Assembly (NCBI GenBank): GCA_964016885.1
Contig: CAXHJY010000738.1
Coordinates: 124,001-188,000 of the forward strand
Origin: Eledone cirrhosa
Taxonomy: Eukaryota
Direction: 5' to 3'
Length of the DNA: 64,000 nt
The translations under genes and the position numbers were made by a program. Every line of letters begins with the position of its first letter. Within the stretch, counting starts at the first letter, position 1. The notes below the pieces were generated by a model. That model searched no databases. It saw only the letters and a program-made list of their open reading frames with translations, and was not told the DNA's origin. This document shows, one piece after another, positions 14,817-25,549 of this stretch.

Positions 14817-15079
14817 GTGAGGAAGATGAAAGACCAAGGGAGCACCCCTTCTCTGTGCTCCTGAGGAGAAGGGTTGCACACTTTTTTCGGGGGTGTGTGC
14901 GACCCCCCAAGGCGCCTCCTCTCTATTGAGGATTTTGTTAAAAATTTTATTTTTTGTTATATCTTATTTTATTTTTATATTTTGTTATTGCCTCCTCCTT
15001 ATTGAGGACGCCTTTTTGTGTAAACTCCCCCCTTTGTACTTGTCCCACTTTTGATGCCCTAGTGGCAAATAAAAGAAAT
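14817..15079 (+). other. Retrotransposon 3' UTR (263 nt) with several predicted stem-loops and a T-rich tract
   Basis: Lies between the ORF stop and the satellite junction. Inverted repeats at 14839-14861, 14871-14905, 14917-14932, 14993-15008 and 15048-15075. T-rich tract at about 14933-14989. Confidence 0.8.
15068..15073 (+). terminator. AATAAA polyadenylation-signal-like hexamer at the element 3' end (copy 1)
   Basis: AATAAA lies 6 nt before the 3' junction, a common position in L1/Tx1 elements. Confidence 0.6.
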
Positions 15080-15093
15080 ATATATTACAGTAC
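15080..15093 (+). repeat. Right copy of probable 14-bp target-site duplication (copy 1)
   Basis: ATATATTACAGTAC immediately follows ...AATAAAAGAAAT and matches 13914-13927. Confidence 0.7.
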
Positions 15094-18000
15094 AGTAGAT
15101 ATATTAGAGTACAGTAGGTATATTAGAGTACAGTAGGTATATTACAGTACAGTAGGTATATTACAGTACAGTAGGTATATTACAGTACAGTAGATATATT
15201 ACAGTACAGTAGGTATATTAAAGTACAGTAGGTATAATACAGTACAGTAGGTATATTACAGTACAGTAGGTATATTACAGTACAGTAGGTATATTACAGT
15301 ACAGTAGTTATATTACAGTACAGTAGGTATAATACAGTACAGTAGGTATATTACAGTACAGTAGGTATATTACAGTACAGTAGGTATATTACATTACAGT
15401 AGGTATATTACAGTACAGTAGGTATATTACAGTATATATATTACAGTACACTAGGTATATTACAGTACAGTAGGTATATTACAGTACAGTAGATATATTA
15501 CAGTACACTAGGTATATTACAGTACAGTAGGTATATTACAGTACAGTAGATATATTACAGTACAGTAGGTATAATACCATACAGTAGGTATATTACAGTA
15601 CAGTAGGTATATTACAGTACAGTAGGTATAATACAGTACAGTAGATATATTACAGTACAGTAGGTATATTACACTACAGTAGGTATATTACAGTACAGTA
15701 GGTATATTAAAGTACAGTAGGTATAATACAGTACAGTAGGTATATTACAGTACAGTAGGTATATTACAGTACAGTAGGTATATTACAGTACAGTAGGTAT
15801 ATTACAGTACAGTAGGTATATTACACTACAGTAGGTATATTACAGTACAGTAGGTATATTACACTACAGTAGGTATATTACAGTACAGTAGGTATATTAA
15901 TGTACAGTAGGTATAATACAGTACAGTAGGTATATTACAGTAGAGTAGGTATATTACAGTACAGTAGATATAATACAGTACAGTAGATATATTACAGTAC
16001 AGTAGGTATATTACAGTACAGTAGGTATATTACAGTACAGTAGGTATATTACAGTACAGTAGGTATATTACAGTACAGTAGATATATTACAGTACAGTAG
16101 ATATATTACAGTACAGTAGGTATATTACAGTACAGTAGGTATATTATAGTACAGTAGATATATTACAGTACAGTAGGTATATTACAGTACAGTAGATATA
16201 TTACAGTACAGTAGATATATTACAGTACAGTAGGTATATTACAGTAGGTATATTACAGTACATTAGGTATATTACAGTACAGTAGGTATAATACAGTACA
16301 GTAGATATATTACAGTACAGTAGGTATATTACAGTACAGTAGGTATGTTACAGTACAGTAGGTATATTACAGTACAGTAGGTATATTACAGTACAGTAGG
16401 TATATTACAGTACAGTAGATATATTACAGTACAGTAGGTATATTACAGTACAGTAGGTATATTACAGTACAGTAGATAGAGTACAGTACAGTAGATATAT
16501 TACAGTACAGTAGGTATATTACAGTACAGTAGGTATATTACAGTACTGTAGGTATATTACAGTACAGTAGGTATATTACAGTACAGTAGGTATATTACAG
16601 TACAGTAGATATATTACAGTACAGTAGGTATATTACAGTACAGTAGATAGATTACAGTACAGTAGATATATTACAGTACAGTAGTTATATTACAGTACAG
16701 TAGGTATATTACAGTACAGTAGATATATTACAGTACAGTAGGTATATTACAGTACAGTAGGTATATTACAGTACAGTAGGTATATTACAGTACAGTAGGT
16801 ATATTACAGTACAGTAGGTATATTACAGTACAGTAGATATATTACAGTACAGTAGGTATAATACAGTACAGTAGGTATATTACAGTACAGTAGGTATATT
16901 ACAGTACAGTAGGTATATTACAGTACAGTAGTTATAATACAGTACAGTAGGTATATTACAGTACAGTAGTTATAATACAGTACAGTAGGTATATTACAGT
17001 ACAGTAGGTATATTACAGTACAGTAGGTATATTACAGTACAGTAGGTATATTACAGTACAGTAGATATGTTACAGTACAGTAGGTATATTACAGTACAGT
17101 AGGTATATTACAGTACAGTAGGTATATTACAGTACTGTAGATATATTACAGTACAGTAGGTATATTACAGTACAGTAGGTATATTACAGTACAGTAGGTA
17201 TATTACAGTACAGTAGGTATATTACAGTACAGTAGGTATATTACAGTACTGTAGATATATTACAGTACAGTAGGTATATTACAGTACAGTAGGTATATTA
17301 CAGTACAGTAGGTATATTACAGTACAGTAGACATATTACAGTACAGTATGTATATTACAGTACAGTAGGTATATTACAGTACAGTAGGTATATTACAGTA
17401 CAGTAGGTATATTACAGTACAGTAGGTATATTACAGTACAGTAGGTATATTACAGTACAGTAGGTATATTACAGTACTGTAGATATATTACAGTACAGTA
17501 GGTATATTACAGTACAGTAGGTATATTACAGTACAGTAGGTATATTACAGTACAGTAGACATATTACAGTACAGTATGTATATTACAGTACAGTAGGTAT
17601 ATTACAGTACAGTAGGTATATTACAGTACAGTAGACATATTACAGTACAGTAGGTATATTACAGTACAGTAGGTATATTACAGTACAGTAGGTATAATAC
17701 AGTAAAGTAGATATATTACAGTACAGAAGATATATTACAGTACAGAAGATATATTACAGTACAGTAGATAGATTACAGTACAGTAGATATATTACAGTAC
17801 AGTAGGTATATTACAGTACAGTAGATATATTACAGTACAGTAGGTATATTATAGTACAGTAGGTATATTACAGTACAGTAGATATATTACAGTACAGAAG
17901 ATATATTACAGTACAGTAGATAGATTACAGTACAGTATATATATTACAGTACAGTAGGTATATTACAGTACAGTAGATATATTACAGTACAGTAGGTATA

Positions 18001-18560
18001 TTACAGTACAGTAGGTATATTACAGTACAGTAGGTATAATATAGTAAAGTAGGTATATTACAGTACAGTAGGTATATTACACTACAGTAGGTATAATACA
18101 GTACAGCAGGTATATTACAGTACAGTAGGTATATTACAGTACAGTAGGTATGTTACAGTACATTAGGTATATTACAGTACAGTAGGTATATTACAGTACA
18201 GTAGGTATATTACAGTACAGTAGGTATATTACAGTACAGTAGATATATTACAGTACAGTAGGTATATTACAGTACACTAGGTATATTACAGTACAGTAGG
18301 TATATTACAGTACAGTAGATATATTGCAGTACAGTAGGTATATTACTGTACAGTAGGGATAATACAGTACAGTAGATATGTTACAGTACAGTAGGTATAT
18401 TACAGTACAGTAGGTATATTACAGTACAGTAGACATATTACAGTACAGTATGTATATTACAGTACAGTAGGTATATTACAGTACAGTAGGTATATTACAG
18501 TACAGTAGGTATATTACAGTACAGTAGGTATATTACAGTACAGTAGATATATTACAGTAC
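15080..18560. repeat. 19-bp satellite array, segment 2 (3,481 bp between the two inserts)
   Basis: Same monomer and orientation. Length is 184x19 minus 15, accounted for by two 14-bp units (about 15427 and 16241) plus the 14-bp TSD phase shift. Confidence 0.99.
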
Positions 18561-18564
18561 GGGG

Positions 18565-19449
18565 ATGCCGTGGCTAATGATGCGTAAACACGCATTAAGG
18601 CTACGGCACCTCTACGTATTCCTCACCGGACAACCGGTGTGGGCCTCGTTTGTGAGACGAACCTTTCCCAGACTCGTCTCACTCACCGAGCTGCAATCCT
18701 GGGTCAAGCAAAGACCGAGAAAACTGGGCGCCTGGCACACTGAGTGTGCCCAGGCGCTCACCGCCCTCTGGCAGGCGGATCCGGTTATCAGTGGAGACTC
18801 CACCGCAACATTCTATAGAGGGCTGGTACGCAGCAGGTGCGACGACGCCCTCGGAGAAGCCCTAGACATGGAGGAGGACGAACTGGCAAGCCTTTTCGGT
18901 AGGACATTCAGCCCGGGACCTATGGACAACTTCCAGAAGTCCCTGGCCTGGCAGTGCTACCGAGGGGCTTTACCCGTTCGAGAAAGGCTCTACAGACACG
19001 GGCGCCCGGGTAGGGACCCCGCCAAAAAGATCTGTCCCAGATGCGTGTGCGACGAGGAAACCGTTGCACACGCATTAGTACACTGCTCGGGCGTAGCCGA
19101 TCTGTGGGGCTATGTCGAACAACTGCTGTCAAGGGTGGGACCGATCCGGTTGACCACCGAGTCTATTGTAATGATCAAGCCGCCTCCCCCCTTCAAAGAT
19201 GAAGCAGAGGCGGTGTTTCTGTGCGTAATAGCCATGGCGAAAGAGGTTGTATGGTGGACGCGTCTGAAAGGACTGAGGTCGGGCACCTTTCTCTCTGGCC
19301 AACAACTGGTCCGTTTCTTCCGATATCATTTCGGAAGAAGGATCAGGATGGAGAGAGAGGTGCTGCACCCCAGCCGTTTCTATGAAAGATGGGTGAAAGT
19401 GGCGAGAATGGCCCGTGTGAATGGGCCTTCACTCTACATCAGACTATAG
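18565..19449 (+). pseudogene. C-terminal 294 aa of a Tx1/L1-like ORF2 with zf-RVT knuckle (copy 2)
   Basis: Protein identical to 13932-14816. CCHC knuckle at 19033-19086. Confidence 0.88.
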
Positions 19450-19712
19450 GTGAGGAAGATGAAAGACCAAGGGAGCACCCCTTCTCTGTGCTCCTGAGGA
19501 GAAGGGTTGCACACTTTTTTCGGGGGTGTGTGCGACCCCCCAAGGCGCCTCCTCTCTATTGAGGATTTTGTTAAAAATTTTATTTTTTGTTATATCTTAT
19601 TTTATTTTTATATTTTGTTATTGCCTCCTCCTTATTGAGGACGCCTTTTTGTGTAAACTCCCCCCTTTGTACTTGTCCCACTTTTGATGCCCTAGTGGCA
19701 AATAAAAGAAAT
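19450..19712 (+). other. Retrotransposon 3' UTR (copy 2), AATAAA at 19701-19706
   Basis: Matches 14817-15079, including homopolymer lengths checked by eye. Confidence 0.8.
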
Positions 19713-22489
19713 ATATATTACAGTACAGTAGATATATTAGAGTACAGTAGGTATATTAGAGTACAGTAGGTATATTACAGTACAGTAGGTATATTACAGT
19801 ACAGTAGGTATATTACAGTACAGTAGATATATTACAGTACAGTAGGTATATTAAAGTACAGTAGGTATAATACAGTACAGTAGGTATATTACAGTACAGT
19901 AGGTATATTACAGTACAGTAGGTATATTACAGTACAGTAGTTATATTACAGTACAGTAGGTATAATACAGTACAGTAGGTATATTACAGTACAGTAGGTA
20001 TATTACAGTACAGTAGGTATATTACATTACAGTAGGTATATTACAGTACAGTAGGTATATTACAGTATATATATTACAGTACACTAGGTATATTACAGTA
20101 CAGTAGGTATATTACAGTACAGTAGATATATTACAGTACACTAGGTATATTACAGTACAGTAGGTATATTACAGTACAGTAGATATATTACAGTACAGTA
20201 GGTATAATACCATACAGTAGGTATATTACAGTACAGTAGGTATATTACAGTACAGTAGGTATAATACAGTACAGTAGATATATTACAGTACAGTAGGTAT
20301 ATTACACTACAGTAGGTATATTACAGTACAGTAGGTATATTAAAGTACAGTAGGTATAATACAGTACAGTAGGTATATTACAGTACAGTAGGTATATTAC
20401 AGTACAGTAGGTATATTACAGTACAGTAGGTATATTACAGTACAGTCGGTATATTACACTACAGTAGGTATATTACAGTACAGTAGGTATATTAATGTAC
20501 AGTAGGTATAATACAGTACAGTAGGTATATTACAGTAGAGTAGGTATATTACAGTACAGTAGATATAATACAGTACAGTAGATATATTACAGTACAGTAG
20601 GTATATTACAGTACAGTAGGTATATTACAGTACAGTAGGTATATTACAGTACAGTAGGTATATTACAGTACAGTAGATATATTACAGTACAGTAGATATA
20701 TTACAGTACAGTAGGTATATTACAGTACAGTAGGTATATTATAGTACAGTAGATATATTACAGTACAGTAGGTATATTACAGTACAGTAGATATATTACA
20801 GTACAGTAGATATATTACAGTACAGTAGGTATATTACAGTAGGTATATTACAGTACATTAGGTATATTACAGTACAGTAGGTATAATACAGTACAGTAGA
20901 TATATTACAGTACAGTAGGTATATTACAGTACAGTAGGTATGTTACAGTACAGTAGGTATATTACAGTACAGTAGGTATATTACAGTACAGTAGGTATAT
21001 TACAGTACAGTAGATATATTACAGTACAGTAGGTATATTACAGTACAGTAGGTATATTACAGTACAGTAGATAGAGTACAGTACAGTAGATATATTACAG
21101 TACAGTAGGTATATTACAGTACAGTAGGTATATTACAGTACTGTAGGTATATTACAGTACAGTAGGTATATTACAGTACAGTAGGTATATTACAGTACAG
21201 TAGATATATTACAGTACAGTAGGTATATTACAGTACAGTAGATAGATTACAGTACAGTAGATATATTACAGTACAGTAGTTATATTACAGTACAGTAGGT
21301 ATATTACAGTACAGTAGATATATTACAGTACAGTAGGTATATTACAGTACAGTAGATATATTACAGTACAGTAGGTATATTACAGTACAGTAGGTATATT
21401 ACAGTACAGTAGGTATATTACAGTACAGTAGGTATATTACAGTACAGTAGGTATATTACAGTACAGTAGATATATTACAGTACAGTAGGTATAATACAGT
21501 ACAGTAGGTATATTACAGTACAGTAGGTATATTACAGTACAGTAGGTATATTACAGTACAGTAGTTATAATACAGTACAGTAGGTATATTACAGTACAGT
21601 AGTTATAATACAGTACAGTAGGTATATTACAGTACAGTAGGTATATTACAGTACAGTAGGTATATTACAGTACAGTAGGTATATTACAGTACAGTAGATA
21701 TATTACAGTACAGTAGGTATATTACAGTACAGTAGGTATATTACAGTACAGTAGGTATATTACAGTACTGTAGATATATTACAGTACAGTAGGTATATTA
21801 CAGTACAGTAGGTATATTACAGTACAGTAGGTATATTACAGTACAGTAGGTATATTACAGTACAGTAGGTATATTACAGTACTGTAGATATATTACAGTA
21901 CAGTAGGTATATTACAGTACAGTAGGTATATTACAGTACAGTAGGTATATTACAGTACAGTAGACATATTACAGTACAGTATGTATATTACAGTACAGTA
22001 GGTATATTACAGTACAGTAGGTATATTACAGTACAGTAGGTATATTACAGTACAGTAGGTATATTACAGTACAGTAGGTATATTACAGTACAGTAGGTAT
22101 ATTACAGTACTGTAGATATATTACAGTACAGTAGGTATATTACAGTACAGTAGGTATATTACAGTACAGTAGGTATATTACAGTACAGTAGACATATTAC
22201 AGTACAGTATGTATATTACAGTACAGTAGGTATATTACAGTACAGTAGGTATATTACAGTACAGTAGGTATATTACAGTACAGTAGGTATATTACAGTAC
22301 AGTAGGTATATTACAGTACAGTAGGTATATTACAGTACAGTAGGTATAATACAGTACAGTAGGTATATTACAGTACAGTAGGTATATTACAGTACAGTAG
22401 GTATAATACAGTACAGTAGATATATTACAGTACAGAAGGTATATTACACTACAGTAGGTATATTACAGTACAGTAGGTATATTAAAGTA

Positions 22490-25400
22490 CAGTAGGTATA
22501 ATACAGTACAGTAGGTATATTACAGTACAGTAGGTATATTACAGTACAGTAGGTATATTACAGTACAGTAGGTATATTACAGTACAGTAGGTATATTACA
22601 CTACAGTAGGTATATTACAGTACAGTAGGTATATTAAAGTACAGTATGTATAACACAGTACAGTAGGTATATTACAGTAGAGTAGGTATATTACAGTACA
22701 GTAGATATAATACAGTACAGTAGATATATTACAGTACAGTAGGTATATTACAGTACAGTAGGTATATTACAGTACAGTAGGTATATTACAGTACAGTAGG
22801 TATATTACAGTACAGTAGGTATATTACAGTACAGTAGATAGATTACAGTACAGTAGATATATTACAGTACAGTAGGTATATTACAGTACAGTAGGTATAT
22901 TACAGTACAGTAGACATATTACAGTACAGTATGTATATTACAGTAGGTATATTACAGTACAGTAGGTATATTACAGTACAGTAGGTATATTACAGTACAG
23001 TAGATAGATTACAGTACAGTAGATATATTACAGTACAGTAGGTATATTACAGTACAGTAGGTATATTACAGTACAGTAGACATATTACAGTACAGTATGT
23101 ATATTACAGTACAGTAGGTATAATACAGTACAGTAGGTATATTACAGTACAGTAGGTATATTACAGTACAGTAGTTATATTACAGTACAGTAGTTATATT
23201 ACAGTACAGTAGGTATAATACAGTACAGTAGGTATATTACAGTACAGTAGGTATATTACAGTACAGTAGGTATATTACAGTACAGTAGGTATATTACAGT
23301 ACAGTATATTACAGTACACTAGGTATATTACAGTACAGTAGGTATATTACAGTACAGTAAATATATTACAGTACAATAGGTAATTTACAGTACAGTAGGT
23401 ATATTACAGTACAGTAGATATATTACAGTACAGTAGGTATAATACCATACAGTAGGTATATTACAGTACAGTAGGTATATTACAGTACTGTAGGTATAAT
23501 ACAGTACAGTAGATATATTACAGTACAGTAGGTATATTACACTACAGTAGGTATATTACAGTACAGTAGGTATATTAAAGTACAGTAGGTATAATACAGT
23601 ACAGTAGGTATATTACAGTACAGTAGGTATATTACAGTACAGTAGATATAATACAATACAGTAGATATATTGCAGTACAGTAGGTATATTACTGTACAGT
23701 AGGTATATTACAGTACAGTAGATATATTACAGTACAGTAGTTATATTACAGTACAGTAGGTATATTACAGTACAGTAGGTATATTACAGTACAGTAGATA
23801 TATTACAGTACAGTAGGTATATTACAGTACAGTAGGTATATTACAGTACAGTAGGTATATTACAGTACAGTAGGTATATTACAGTACAGTAGATATATTG
23901 CAGTACAGTAGGTATATTACACTACAGTAGGTATATTACAGTACAGTAGGTATATTAAAGTACAGTAGGTATAATACAGTACAGTAGGTATATTACAGTA
24001 CAGTAGGTATATTACAGTACAGTAGGTATAATACAGTACAGTAGGTATATTACAGTACAGTAGGTATATTACAGTACAGTAGGTATATTACAGTACAGTA
24101 GGTATATTACAGTACAGTAGGTATATTACACTACAGTAGGTATATTACAGTACAGTAGGTATATTAAAGTACAGTATGTATAACACAGTACAGTAGGTAT
24201 ATTACAGTAGAGTAGGTATATTACAGTACAGTAGATATAATACAGTACAGTAGATATATTACAGTACAGTAGGTATATTACAGTACAGTAGGTATATTAC
24301 AGTACAGTAGGTATATTACAGTACAGTAGGTATATTACAGTACAGTAGGTATATTACAGTACAGTAGATAGATTACAGTACAGTAGATATATTACAGTAC
24401 AGTAGGTATATTACAGTACAGTAGGTATATTACAGTACAGTAGACATATTACAGTACAGTATGTATATTACAGTAGGTATATTACAGTACAGTAGGTATA
24501 TTACAGTACAGTAGGTATATTACAGTACAGTAGATAGATTACAGTACAGTAGATATATTACAGTACAGTAGGTATATTACAGTACAGTAGGTATATTACA
24601 GTACAGTAGACATATTACAGTACAGTATGTATATTACAGTACAGTAGGTATAATACAGTACAGTAGGTATATTACAGTACAGTAGGTATATTACAGTACA
24701 GTAGTTATATTACAGTACAGTAGTTATATTACAGTACAGTAGGTATAATACAGTACAGTAGGTATATTACAGTACAGTAGGTATATTACAGTACAGTAGG
24801 TATATTACAGTACAGTAGGTATATTACAGTACAGTATATTACAGTACACTAGGTATATTACAGTACAGTAGGTATATTACAGTACAGTAAATATATTACA
24901 GTACAATAGGTAATTTACAGTACAGTAGGTATATTACAGTACAGTAGATATATTACAGTACAGTAGGTATAATACCATACAGTAGGTATATTACAGTACA
25001 GTAGGTATATTACAGTACTGTAGGTATAATACAGTACAGTAGATATATTACAGTACAGTAGGTATATTACACTACAGTAGGTATATTACAGTACAGTAGG
25101 TATATTAAAGTACAGTAGGTATAATACAGTACAGTAGGTATATTACAGTACAGTAGGTATATTACAGTACAGTAGATATAATACAATACAGTAGATATAT
25201 TGCAGTACAGTAGGTATATTACTGTACAGTAGGTATATTACAGTACAGTAGATATATTACAGTACAGTAGTTATATTACAGTACAGTAGGTATATTACAG
25301 TACAGTAGGTATATTACAGTACAGTAGATATATTACAGTACAGTAGGTATATTACAGTACAGTAGGTATATTACAGTACAGTAGGTATATTACAGTACAG

Positions 25401-25549
25401 TAGGTATATTACAGTACAGTAGATATATTGCAGTACAGTAGGTATATTACACTACAGTAGGTATATTACAGTACAGTAGGTATATTAAAGTACAGTAGGT
25501 ATAATACAGTACAGTAGGTATATTACAGTACAGTAGGTATATTACAGTA
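22490..25549. repeat. Tandem duplication, period 1,530 bp (81 monomers minus 9 bp)
   Basis: TATGTATAACAC at 22645/24175, TAATTTACAG at 23381/24911, and shared 14-bp and 15-bp units. Confidence 0.88.

Larger units (their letters stand above)
13928..15079 (+). mobile_element. 5'-truncated non-LTR retrotransposon (Tx1/L1 group), copy 1, 1,152 bp
   Basis: Abrupt switch from satellite to complex GC-richer sequence at 13928. Encodes a LINE ORF2 C-terminus with a zf-RVT knuckle, followed by a 3' UTR with a T-rich tract and AATAAA. Flanked by the direct repeat ATATATTACAGTAC. Confidence 0.93.
18561..19712 (+). mobile_element. 5'-truncated non-LTR retrotransposon (Tx1/L1 group), copy 2, 1,152 bp
   Basis: Same 5' truncation point, same 3' end, same TSD (18547-18560 and 19713-19726) and same translated ORFs as copy 1, at a constant offset of 4,633. 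No differences seen by eye. Confidence 0.93.
13001..22266. repeat. Tandem duplication, period 4,633 bp (about 13001-17633 and 17634-22266), each unit carrying the retrotransposon
   Basis: Rare monomer variants recur at +4633: ATAATACAGTAAAG 13061/17694, GTTATAAT 16931/21564, AGTACTG 17131/21764, GACAT 17330/21963 and 17558/22191. Confidence 0.9.

Noticed and set aside
14839-14910. HDV-like or hammerhead ribozyme in the 3' UTR
   Set aside because: I could not map a nested double pseudoknot or the hammerhead CUGANGA/GAAA core with correct stems. CTGAGGA at 14861 has no suitably placed GAAA. Retrotransposon ribozymes are usually 5'-located. Kept only as a generic pseudoknot candidate.
14954-15136. 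60-aa hydrophobic ORF (also 19587-19769)
   Set aside because: Starts at TTG, translates the T-rich UTR tract and runs across the junction into satellite. Compositional artefact.
13928-19712. The two direct repeats as LTRs of one LTR element, or as ends of a composite transposon
   Set aside because: They lack TG...CA termini, PBS and PPT, and encode a LINE ORF2 C-terminus. The interior is plain satellite and homology extends into both outer flanks.
18561-19712. Second copy as an independent site-specific insertion
   Set aside because: The identical 5' truncation point and shared flanking variants show duplication of one insertion, so it is not evidence for target specificity.
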